Assembly (NCBI GenBank): GCA_963664435.2
Contig: CAXXKM010000001.1
Span: 896,001 to 960,000, forward strand
DNA: 64,000 bases
Direction of reading: 5' to 3'
From: Longimicrobiales bacterium
GTDB taxonomy: Bacteria; Gemmatimonadota; Gemmatimonadetes; Longimicrobiales; Gaopeijiaceae
In this document: piece after piece, positions 1 to 8,409 of the stretch
How positions within the stretch are numbered: position 1 is the first letter of the stretch
How the letters are laid out: the number at the start of each line of letters is the position of its first letter
The notes under the pieces: model-generated
The model's input: the letters and a program-made list of their open reading frames with translations, nothing else
Database searches by the model: none
Told to the model about the DNA's origin: nothing
Translations under genes and position numbers: made by a program

Positions 1-1
1 C

Positions 2-712
2 GGCGGATGGTCGATGCGCGTGAGCCACGGGTGGGAGAGCTACGCCTTCAAGCCCGAGTGGTACGCCGACTACGGGGTGGTCCGGCCGGGGCCGGCGGGC
101 GCCGACACGGTGTTCTGGGACGCCCCGGACCGCATCACCGACGTGCGCGGGTGGATCACCAACGTGACCACGCCCGAGTTCTCCTCGTTCTCGGCCAGAG
201 TCGGCGTGAACGTGTGGCAGGACGTGGGCTTCGCCGAGGCGCGCGGCGTCTGGCTCTTCCGCCCCAACATGACGGTCAACTGGCGCCCCACGGACCAGTT
301 CCGCGTCAACTTCCTCTACAACCAGCTCACCCTCGACCGCCGCTCGGACGGGTCGAACATGTCGATCCAGCGGATTCCCCGGCTCTCGCTCGAGTACCAG
401 ATTTCGCGCTTCCTCTTCGTGCGCCTGGTGGGCCAGTACGACTCCCTCGAGCGGGACGCGCTCCGGGCCGGCGACACCGACGAGCCCATCTTCCTCCGGG
501 ACCCGGGCACGGGCGGATGGATGCCCTCGCGCGCTACCGAGGACAACCGGTTCACCGGGGATGTCCTGCTCTCGTACCGCCCGACCCCCGGAACCGTCGT
601 CTTTCTCGGCTACGGCGCGGCCGTGGATGACCCCGACGCCTTCCGGTTCCAGCGCATGGTGCGGGGCGAGGACCGGTTCTTCATGAAGCTGAGCTACCTC
701 TTCCGGCGGTAG
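2..712 (+). CDS. 5'-truncated outer-membrane beta-barrel protein (DUF5916-like C-terminus)
   Basis: The frame is open to the window edge. It has alternating amphipathic beta-strands and the C-terminus '...YRPTPGTVVFLGYG...RFFMKLSYLFRR' typical of DUF5916-type barrels. Confidence 0.65.
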   Translation, partial: GGWSMRVSHGWESYAFKPEWYADYGVVRPGPAGADTVFWDAPDRITDVRGWITNVTTPEFSSFSARVGVNVWQDVGFAEARGVWLFRPNMTVNWRPTDQFRVNFLYNQLTLDRRSDGSNMSIQRIPRLSLEYQISRFLFVRLVGQYDSLERDALRAGDTDEPIFLRDPGTGGWMPSRATEDNRFTGDVLLSYRPTPGTVVFLGYGAAVDDPDAFRFQRMVRGEDRFFMKLSYLFRR

Positions 713-796
713 CGAGGGTGGTTGAAGCATAAACGCCGGCCGCGCGTTGTGTGTCCCTGAGGTAGGAGCGCGCTCGCATCACGGCTGGAGGATTCG

Positions 797-2050
797 ATGA
801 ACTGGTTCCACTCCCCTCGGCTCTCTCGGCGCCGGCCGGGAACCCTCGTCGTCGCCTGTTTCCTCGGGATGGCGGCGGCCGCCGTCCTGACCACCGGCGC
901 AACACCCCGTTCGGCCGGCAACCCGCAGGAGGAGCTGGGGCGGCTGCTGTTCTGGGATCCGGTTCTGTCGGGTCCCATGGACGTATCCTGCGCCACCTGT
1001 CATCACCCCGACTTCGCATACGCCGACGGGCGCGCGCTGTCGCTGGGTCCGGGAGCGGTGGGCCTCGGTCCGGACCGGGTCGACCTCAGCGACGGCGCGA
1101 TTCCGGTCGCACAGCGCAACTCCCCCACCCTGCTCAACGTCGCGTACAACGGGCTCGACAGGCAGCGCAGGCGGCGGCGCGGCGGGCCGCGCTTTACGCC
1201 GCTGCCCGCGGACCTCGAGACGGTCAATTCCGAGCGGGCTCCCATGTTCTGGGACCGCCGGGCGCGGAGCCTGGAGACGCAGGCGCTGCTCCCGCTCACC
1301 ATCCGCGAGGAGATGCGGGGCGACGCCTACTCCGAGGAGGTCGCGGTCGACTCGGTCGTGGCCCGGCTGCGGGCGATCCCCGAGTACGCAAGCCTGTTCC
1401 GGGAGGTGTACGGCGAGGAGACTTCCATCGACGCCACGCAGATCGCGGGCGCCATCGCGGCCTTCGAGCGCACTCTGGTCGCGCGCAACAGCCCCTTCGA
1501 CCGGTTCCTGGCGGGGGATGAGGACGCGCTCACCGTCCAGCAGCGCCGCGGCCTCGACGAGTTCAACGAGGCCGACTGCTCGGACTGTCACCGGGGCCCG
1601 ATGCTTTCCGACTTCAACATGCACGCCGAGGGCGTGGCCGAGAACCCGCTCCTGGCCGAGCCGGACGCCGGCGACGGACGCTTCCGCTTCCGAACCCCGA
1701 CCCTCCGCAACGTCGCCGTCACCGCGCCCTACATGCACAACGGCATGCTGGGCACGCTGGAGGAGGTCCTCGCCTTCTACGACCGCGGGCGCTCCGAGAA
1801 CCCCAACGTCTCCAACCGGCGGCGGCGGCGCGGCGGCGACGACCGCGGGGACGACGCTCCTGCCACGCCCGGGAGGCTCTCCGGCCGCTTCCGCGGCGTG
1901 GACGACATGACCGTGCAGGAGCAGGAGGACATCATCGCCTTCCTGGAAGCGCTCACCGATCCCGACTTCGACCGCACGATCCCGGCGCGGGTGCCCAGCG
2001 GCCTGACGCCCGGGGGGAGCATTTCGATGGCGGAGGTCACGAATCGGTAG
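797..2050 (+). CDS. Di-heme cytochrome c peroxidase / MauG-family protein
   Basis: Two CxxCH motifs (CATCH, CSDCH), 'LGRLLFWDP', 'RNSPTLLN', 'FWDRRA' and 'FRTPTLRNVAVTAPYMHNG'. N-terminal hydrophobic signal; GGAGG RBS upstream. Confidence 0.92.
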   Translation: MNWFHSPRLSRRRPGTLVVACFLGMAAAAVLTTGATPRSAGNPQEELGRLLFWDPVLSGPMDVSCATCHHPDFAYADGRALSLGPGAVGLGPDRVDLSDGAIPVAQRNSPTLLNVAYNGLDRQRRRRRGGPRFTPLPADLETVNSERAPMFWDRRARSLETQALLPLTIREEMRGDAYSEEVAVDSVVARLRAIPEYASLFREVYGEETSIDATQIAGAIAAFERTLVARNSPFDRFLAGDEDALTVQQRRGLDEFNEADCSDCHRGPMLSDFNMHAEGVAENPLLAEPDAGDGRFRFRTPTLRNVAVTAPYMHNGMLGTLEEVLAFYDRGRSENPNVSNRRRRRGGDDRGDDAPATPGRLSGRFRGVDDMTVQEQEDIIAFLEALTDPDFDRTIPARVPSGLTPGGSISMAEVTNR

Positions 2051-2137
2051 CTGGAGGTAAGCCCGGGCGAAGCCCATCCCGGCGGCGACTTGCGCCCACG
2101 CTGGCCAGCTACTCGCTTCCCGGCTTATCCTCAACCC

Positions 2138-2743
2138 ATGTCCATCCGCGAATACGCGTTGCGAGCTCTGGTTCCGGTTGCGTTGCCCTTCCTGTCCCTC
2201 GCATGCGAGAGCTACGCTCCGTCCCCGGAGGCCCTTGCCGTCACCACCCGCGAGGCCCGGGCCGCCATTGAAGCTTACGTGGATGCGGTAAATGCCCTGG
2301 ACGTCGACTCGGCGGGCACCTTCTACTCGGCCGCAGGCGACTTTGTCTGGCTTGAAGAGGGCGTGTTCAGGTACCGGTCCGCCAGCGAGTCGCGCGAGTC
2401 GCTGGCCGGATTGGCACAGATGGCGTCGTCGGCGACCCTCACTTTGTCGGACCTCACCGTGACCGCGCTTGGCCCGGAGGCAGCGGTGGCGTCGTGCCAC
2501 TTCGTGCAGGAGATCGGGATGGACGGCGGGGCTGGCTTCTCCTTCTCGGGGGCGATGACGATCGTGCTCCGCAAGGAGGATGGCCGCTGGCTCTTCGTCT
2601 CCGGTCACACCTCGTCCCCACCGGCGCAGCCGGAAGCGAGCGCGACCCGGGGCGGCGGCCGGCTGAACGTCCGCGTCACCCCATGGACTCCGGCGGATGA
2701 TCGCCAGGATCTCAACACTGATTCGCCACTATATCAACAGTGA
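2138..2743 (+). CDS. SnoaL/NTF2-like (DUF4440) lipoprotein
   Basis: Lipobox-like 'LSLAC' and NTF2-fold ending 'MTIVLRKEDGRWLFVSGHTS'. Start placed at ATG 2138. Confidence 0.75.
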   Translation: MSIREYALRALVPVALPFLSLACESYAPSPEALAVTTREARAAIEAYVDAVNALDVDSAGTFYSAAGDFVWLEEGVFRYRSASESRESLAGLAQMASSATLTLSDLTVTALGPEAAVASCHFVQEIGMDGGAGFSFSGAMTIVLRKEDGRWLFVSGHTSSPPAQPEASATRGGGRLNVRVTPWTPADDRQDLNTDSPLYQQ

Positions 2744-2777
2744 AGTTGTCACCATGTCACCAGTAGACACCAGTAAC

Positions 2778-4370
2778 ATGAAGCCACACAACTCCCGCCG
2801 ACCGGACGACAAGACCCGCGACCCGGACCACCCCCGCAACCCGCACCACCTCACCCGCCGCGAGTGGCTCGCCGGCGCCGGAGCCGGCACGGCGGCGCTC
2901 CTGCTCGAGCGCGACCCTCTTCGGGCGGCGGTGCGGTCGGGTGGGACGCCGGTCCAGCAGGCGAGCACCGTGGTCTTCACGAACACCACCGTCGCGAACC
3001 CGGACACCGTCCAGGACGACGTGGCGCTCGCGGTCGAGGGCAACCTCATCGCGGCCATCGGTCCCACCGACGAGGTGCTCGAGCGGTATCCCGGGGCCGA
3101 GACCTACGACGGACGCGGCAAGGCGCTCTTCCCCGGCCTCATCAACTGTCACGCCCACATGCGGGCGGTCGTCGCGCGCGGATTCAACGAGGACTTCGGC
3201 TTCCCGAACACCGCCAACCTGGCCATCTCGCCCGCGAGCCTCCTCGAGGGTGAGGAGGGCAACCTCATGGTGCAGGTCGCCGCGCTCGAGGCCATTACCA
3301 CCGGGACGACGACCATCGTCGAGTACACGGGCAACGTCCAGCGCCACGCCGGGGTGCTGGCCGATTCGGGGCTCCGCTGCGTCCTCGCCGAGGGGATCCG
3401 GGACGCGGAGAACGTGCCCGGCCCGATGTCCACTCAGGCGATGGCGCGGACGGTCAGCGAAACGCCCTGGTTTTCGGAGAGGCTCCGGGACGAGGGCATG
3501 CAGCGCATCAACGACCTGTTCAGCAGCTGGCACGGCGCGCGAAACGGCCGCATCACGGTGTTTCCGGCGGCCTCGCTCGTCGAGACTTCGTCGCCCGAGC
3601 TGCTGCGGGCGGTGCGCGACTTCGCCGAGACGAACGATCTGGGCTACACGATCCACCTGAACCAGAGCCGCGCCGAGTACGAGTTCATGGTCATGCACCA
3701 CGGCCTGCGCCCGTCCGAGTACCTGGACCGGCACGACTTCCTCGGCCCCCGGCTGTTCGCCGCGCACGCGCGTTACGTCAACCACGAGGAAATCGCGCTG
3801 CTGGGGAGGTCCGGCACCATCATCTCGCACCAGGCGGGGATGGCGGCCAATCGCGGCATCAGCCCGCCGATTCCGGAGCTGCGCACGGCCGGCTGCCCCA
3901 TCGCGCTCGGCACCGACAACAACACCAACGACGTCTTCGAGGTGATGCGCACAGCTCTGCTGACCGAGCGGATCCGGCGCAATCGCGACGGGGACGAGGT
4001 GCCCGGCCTTCAGCCTCAGCCGGAGGACATCCTGGCGGATGCGACGCAGGGCGGAGCGCTGGCGGTGCAGCAGCCGGACGCCCTCGGGACGCTGGAAGTC
4101 GGGAAGATGGCCGACCTCATCGTGGTCGACACGCTGCGGCCCCACCTCGTGCCCGCAGGACGCATCATCTCCGCGCTGGTCCACTGCGGCCACCCGGGCG
4201 ACATCGAGTCGGTCATGGTGGACGGCCGCTTTGTCATGCGCGACCGCGAAGTCCTCACCATGGACGCGGACGCCATCCTCCGGGAAGCCGACGCGGTGGG
4301 CCGGAGGATCTGGGGCCGGGTGCTGGAGGCGAGCCCGCTCAACGTGCCGAGACTTACGCGCAACGGCTGA
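2778..4370 (+). CDS. Tat-exported metal-dependent amidohydrolase (MtaD/AtzA-like superfamily)
   Basis: Twin-arginine 'LTRREWL', 'PGLINCHAH', 'IHLNQ', 'ALGTD' and 'GTLEVGKMADL'. Start uncertain (2754 or 2778). Confidence 0.88.
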   Translation: MKPHNSRRPDDKTRDPDHPRNPHHLTRREWLAGAGAGTAALLLERDPLRAAVRSGGTPVQQASTVVFTNTTVANPDTVQDDVALAVEGNLIAAIGPTDEVLERYPGAETYDGRGKALFPGLINCHAHMRAVVARGFNEDFGFPNTANLAISPASLLEGEEGNLMVQVAALEAITTGTTTIVEYTGNVQRHAGVLADSGLRCVLAEGIRDAENVPGPMSTQAMARTVSETPWFSERLRDEGMQRINDLFSSWHGARNGRITVFPAASLVETSSPELLRAVRDFAETNDLGYTIHLNQSRAEYEFMVMHHGLRPSEYLDRHDFLGPRLFAAHARYVNHEEIALLGRSGTIISHQAGMAANRGISPPIPELRTAGCPIALGTDNNTNDVFEVMRTALLTERIRRNRDGDEVPGLQPQPEDILADATQGGALAVQQPDALGTLEVGKMADLIVVDTLRPHLVPAGRIISALVHCGHPGDIESVMVDGRFVMRDREVLTMDADAILREADAVGRRIWGRVLEASPLNVPRLTRNG

Positions 4371-4705
4371 CCCCGACGGGTCTCGACGGGATACAGCGGC
4401 TCCGACGTCCGGCGGAATCGGGCTCAGCCCCGAAGGTGCTGGCGCTCGCGGCGCCTGAGCTGGTGGAACCCGCGTAGCGGCAGTGTCTCTGGACAGGATC
4501 CCGGCGCACACGGCTGCCTGTGCGCCCGACACCGGCCCCGCGCGGGACCAGCTGCTGACCGCCCCTTGCCGCTTGTTATCCGGACACAATATTCTCATGC
4601 GCGTCAGCCGATGGCTCGCGCAATAGTCGCAATCATCAAGTGTCGCGCGACATATTGTCGTTTGGTCGCACACAACGCAACCGAAATGTGGAGGAGCGTC
4701 AGGTG

Positions 4706-7336
4706 ATGGCCCGAACGGTATCCGCTTCGACGAAAACGATTCACGGGGTCGGCCTGCTCGTCCTGGCCGGCGTCCTGTCCCTCGGGCGCCCCGCCCCGGC
4801 GCAGGCGCAGGAGACCTGTCCGCTTACCCCCGGCGTCCCTCCGCCGCCTGACCCGGCCGTGACCGCGCAGCAGGTGGAGAACGGAAGCGCCAGCCTGAAG
4901 GATTTCGCGGTGGGCGCTCGGGACTATTTCAAGAACCTTTCCCCGCAGGTCACCGTGGAACATGCGGCATACTTCGGATGTCTCCTCAGGCAGGAGGGGG
5001 GTCCTTGGCGTTCCGGCTCCACCTACCTGATACAATTGACGCCCGACGGACGGGTGTTCGTGCATGCGAAGGACATGTCAACGTCCGGCGGGCTGCTCAA
5101 CCCCCTGATCTATGCGGAAATCCTTGTCGCATTGGGGGTTTCCCCGGCCGATCTGGCCAACCTGGCCTCCCCCGATCCCGCGGCCGCCGCTGCCGCTCAG
5201 GCCGCCGTCTTCGGCACATTGTTGCAGGAACCGGACGGCGCATTCGACGCGACCGCCCCGGTCCCGGGTTTGCGACCGGGCATACCGGGCGCCTCCGGCC
5301 ATGCCGGCGTATATGTCTCCGCCACGCTTGGCATCCCGCTCCTGTTGCTCGCCGGATTCGAGCTCGACGCAACCCATCTGGCTCGAGAGGAAATCGATTA
5401 CGGCGATCCGACCGTTACCGCCAGGGACGTGGTGGATCGCGAGACCCTGAAGACCTTCGTCACGGAAGCGGGCGAGTACTTCATCGAGCTCCAGGAGACC
5501 GGAGGTGCAGCGGCTTCCTCGCAGGCCAGAATCGCCTTGCGGGATCCGAACGGGCCCTGGAGGCACGGTTCCGTGTACCTCTACGTACTGGAGCGCAACA
5601 GCAACGTCATCATGTTTCACGGAGCGTTCCCGGATCGGTTCGAACTCAAGCCCCTGATCCCGACTGTCCGGGATGTCGTCACCGGGGAGTTCGTTCTGAC
5701 GCAGGTGCTGGAAGCGGCGGCCAGCAGTCCGGAAGGAGGCTTCGTACAGTATTACTGGGACGATCCCACGGACGACTCGGACTCGGCCGACATCCCCAAG
5801 GTGGGCTACGCCCGCGAGTTCACCGGTCAAATCCAGACGCCGGACGGACGCACACTCCCGGTGGACGTCGTCGTCGGATCGGGCTTCTACATGAACTCGC
5901 CGGGGGTGACCGCGGCGCGCCAGAACACGGCCATCGAGTCCGTGCTGCCCCAGGTCATGCGAGCCATGACCGCCAACACGATCGATGCCATCTCGGCCCG
6001 CATCCGACAGGCAACCTCCGGGGCCCCGATGGCGATGGAGCTCAACCTCGGCGGCGCATCCACCCTCACGCCCCATGCGCTGCTGGCAAACGCGCGGGCG
6101 CTGGGGCACGGCACGCTCGATCTCGGCCGGCTCCTGGCGGAATCGTCCTTCAGCCTCCCGATCCACGCGGGCGGCGCCGTGCAGGACGACCCCGCCGGAG
6201 GTGGAGGTCTCACGCTCTGGGGAAGCGGGAGCTACCGCGACTTCGCGGGCGGCAACCCGGAAACCCTGGGCTACGATGGCACCGTGCTGAGCGCCAACTT
6301 CGGGATCGATACGCGGGTTACCGCACGGCTGCTGGCAGGGGTGTCGTTGTCACGGGCGCGCGGGGCGGCGAACTACACCGCCTCCGAGGTGGTGACGGGC
6401 GAATTGATGACTCCGCTCACGAGCATCAACCCCTACCTGGGCTGGCAGGCTCCGGGCGGATTCGACCTGTGGGCCACGGCCGGCCATGGTTGGGGCGAGG
6501 TCGAGGTCGACGATGTGGCGGCGGACGCGCAGGCGAGCGACCTGACGCAGCAGATGGTGGCGGCGGGGCTTGGCAAGTCGCTGGTGTCCAGCGAGCGACT
6601 GATCGAAGGCGGCAGGACGAGCCTCAGGTTCAAGGGTGAAACGGCTTTCACGCGGGCCGATGTCGAGGGGGCCGGAACCATCGAGAGCACGATGTTGAAT
6701 GCCAGCCGACACCGCTTGATGTTCGAGGTGCTCCACGCCCGGAGACTCGCGTCGGGAGCAACGCTCGCACCGTCGATCGAAGCCGGCATGCGGTATGACG
6801 GCGGGGATGGCGAGACCGGCGCGGGCGCGGACATCGCCGCCGGCCTAATGGTATCCGACCTGTTGGCCGGGCTGTCGGTTGACGCTCGGGTGCGGACGCT
6901 TCTGGTGCACGAGGCCGAGGGATACGAGGAACGGGGCGCTTCTCTGTCGCTGATCTACGACCCGACACCTTCGACCCCGCTGGGGTTCACGGCGCGCGTG
7001 TCGCCGTCGTGGGGCGGCCAGGCGATGAGCGGGGCCCAGGCGCTCTGGGGTCGGCAGACCATGACGGGGCTCGGGGCCGGGAGCCTGGAATCGGGCAGCC
7101 AGCTGAATGCCGAGGTGGGCTATGCGTTGCCCGTGGGGCGCGGGCTGGTGGGGACGCCGAGGTTCGGCGTTGCGACCTCCGAGTTCGGGCGGGACTACCG
7201 AGTAGGCTACAACCTGACTGTCCTGCGGGGCGGGCCCATGAACTTCCACTTCGGAATCGATGCTCGGCGGGGGCAGTACCTGATGCGCCAGGAGCCGGAC
7301 CACAGCCTGCTCGTTCGGCTCAACATGACCTGGTAA
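4706..7336 (+). CDS. Autotransporter-like protein with two Cache-type passenger domains
   Basis: Signal peptide ending AQA; GAGGAG RBS at 4691. Repeated 'GPWRxGSxYL' Cache_2-like segments, then 'GGFVQYYWDDP...PKVGYA...VVGSGFY'. C-terminal barrel with 'GMRYDGGDGETG', ending in W. Confidence 0.8.
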   Translation: MARTVSASTKTIHGVGLLVLAGVLSLGRPAPAQAQETCPLTPGVPPPPDPAVTAQQVENGSASLKDFAVGARDYFKNLSPQVTVEHAAYFGCLLRQEGGPWRSGSTYLIQLTPDGRVFVHAKDMSTSGGLLNPLIYAEILVALGVSPADLANLASPDPAAAAAAQAAVFGTLLQEPDGAFDATAPVPGLRPGIPGASGHAGVYVSATLGIPLLLLAGFELDATHLAREEIDYGDPTVTARDVVDRETLKTFVTEAGEYFIELQETGGAAASSQARIALRDPNGPWRHGSVYLYVLERNSNVIMFHGAFPDRFELKPLIPTVRDVVTGEFVLTQVLEAAASSPEGGFVQYYWDDPTDDSDSADIPKVGYAREFTGQIQTPDGRTLPVDVVVGSGFYMNSPGVTAARQNTAIESVLPQVMRAMTANTIDAISARIRQATSGAPMAMELNLGGASTLTPHALLANARALGHGTLDLGRLLAESSFSLPIHAGGAVQDDPAGGGGLTLWGSGSYRDFAGGNPETLGYDGTVLSANFGIDTRVTARLLAGVSLSRARGAANYTASEVVTGELMTPLTSINPYLGWQAPGGFDLWATAGHGWGEVEVDDVAADAQASDLTQQMVAAGLGKSLVSSERLIEGGRTSLRFKGETAFTRADVEGAGTIESTMLNASRHRLMFEVLHARRLASGATLAPSIEAGMRYDGGDGETGAGADIAAGLMVSDLLAGLSVDARVRTLLVHEAEGYEERGASLSLIYDPTPSTPLGFTARVSPSWGGQAMSGAQALWGRQTMTGLGAGSLESGSQLNAEVGYALPVGRGLVGTPRFGVATSEFGRDYRVGYNLTVLRGGPMNFHFGIDARRGQYLMRQEPDHSLLVRLNMTW

Positions 7337-7385
7337 CGGGGCGTCCCCCGGCAGAGGTACCGCGGACCGTGCCGGGGGGCGCAAC

Positions 7386-8279
7386 TCAGCCGCGCAGGTG
7401 CTCGTTGAAGAACGCGATGGTCCGCTCCTGCGCGAGGCTGGCCGCCTCCTGGTCGTAACGTGGCGTGGTGTCGTTGTGGAAGCCGTGGTTCGCGCCGTCA
7501 TAGACGTGGACCGCGAACTCCTTCCCGTTTGCCTCGAGCGCTTCCTGGTAGGCCGGGTAGGCGGCGTTGATGCGCTCGTCCAGGCCTGCGAGCTGGATCA
7601 TGAGGGGCGCCTGTATCGAGGGCACGTCCTCCAGCGCCGGCGCCGATCCGTAGAACGGCACGCCGGCGGCCAGATCGGGAAGCCGGACCGCAAGCTGATT
7701 CACCACTCCGCCGCCGTAGCAGAAGCCGACGGCCCCGACTCGCCCGGTGGTCGCGTCGTGGTCCCGCAGGAACCGGAACGCGGCCAACCAGTCCTCCATC
7801 ATCACGTCCCTGTCGAGTTGCCGCTGCATCTCCCGGCCCTCGTCGTCGTTGCCGGGATAGCCGCCCAGGGGGGTGAGCGCGTCCGGCCCCAGCGCCACGA
7901 AATCGGCCGCGGCGAACCTGCGGACGACGTCTTCGATGTAGGGGTTGAGGCCGCGATTCTCGTGGATGACGAGGACCGAGGGGAGGGGCTCCGTCGCGCC
8001 GGCGGGCACGGCCATGTAGCCACGCATGGTCCCCGAGCCGTCCGGTGAAGGGTAGGTGACGTACTCCTGCCGGATCCGGGCGTCGTCGGTCGCCACCTGC
8101 CGCGCCCACGCGTAGTTGGGACGAAGCGCCTCAAGGACCGCCAGGGCTGCCGCGCCGCCGCCCAGCACCTTGCCGGCCCCCTCCAGGAAGTCCCGGCGCT
8201 GAATGAACCCGTGGACGTAGCCATCGAAGAGGGCCAGCACCTCCTGGGGAAAATCGCTCGCCTGCTTTCGTGTGCTCAT
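7386..8279 (-). CDS. Dienelactone hydrolase family protein (YghX-like)
   Basis: 'IHENRGLNPYIEDV', nucleophile motif 'GFCYGG', 'HGFHNDTTPRY' and N-terminal 'YVHGFIQRRDFL'. GGAGG RBS before ATG 8279. Confidence 0.92.
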   Translation of the reverse strand: MSTRKQASDFPQEVLALFDGYVHGFIQRRDFLEGAGKVLGGGAAALAVLEALRPNYAWARQVATDDARIRQEYVTYPSPDGSGTMRGYMAVPAGATEPLPSVLVIHENRGLNPYIEDVVRRFAAADFVALGPDALTPLGGYPGNDDEGREMQRQLDRDVMMEDWLAAFRFLRDHDATTGRVGAVGFCYGGGVVNQLAVRLPDLAAGVPFYGSAPALEDVPSIQAPLMIQLAGLDERINAAYPAYQEALEANGKEFAVHVYDGANHGFHNDTTPRYDQEAASLAQERTIAFFNEHLRG

Positions 8280-8409
8280 GGGAGATCCTCCGCAAATCGT
8301 GTGACGATCGTTCATACCGGGTCTCACCCGCGACCATGGCCTCGGGAATGAACAGGATGCGGCCCGCGACCGAAGCACACAAGCACCGGGAGCGATGCAC
8401 CGGTCCCTC

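Noticed and set aside
4566..4595. Sigma-70 promoter TTGCCG-N18-TATTCT upstream of the Cache autotransporter
   Set aside because: Plausible, but too degenerate to call without TSS data.
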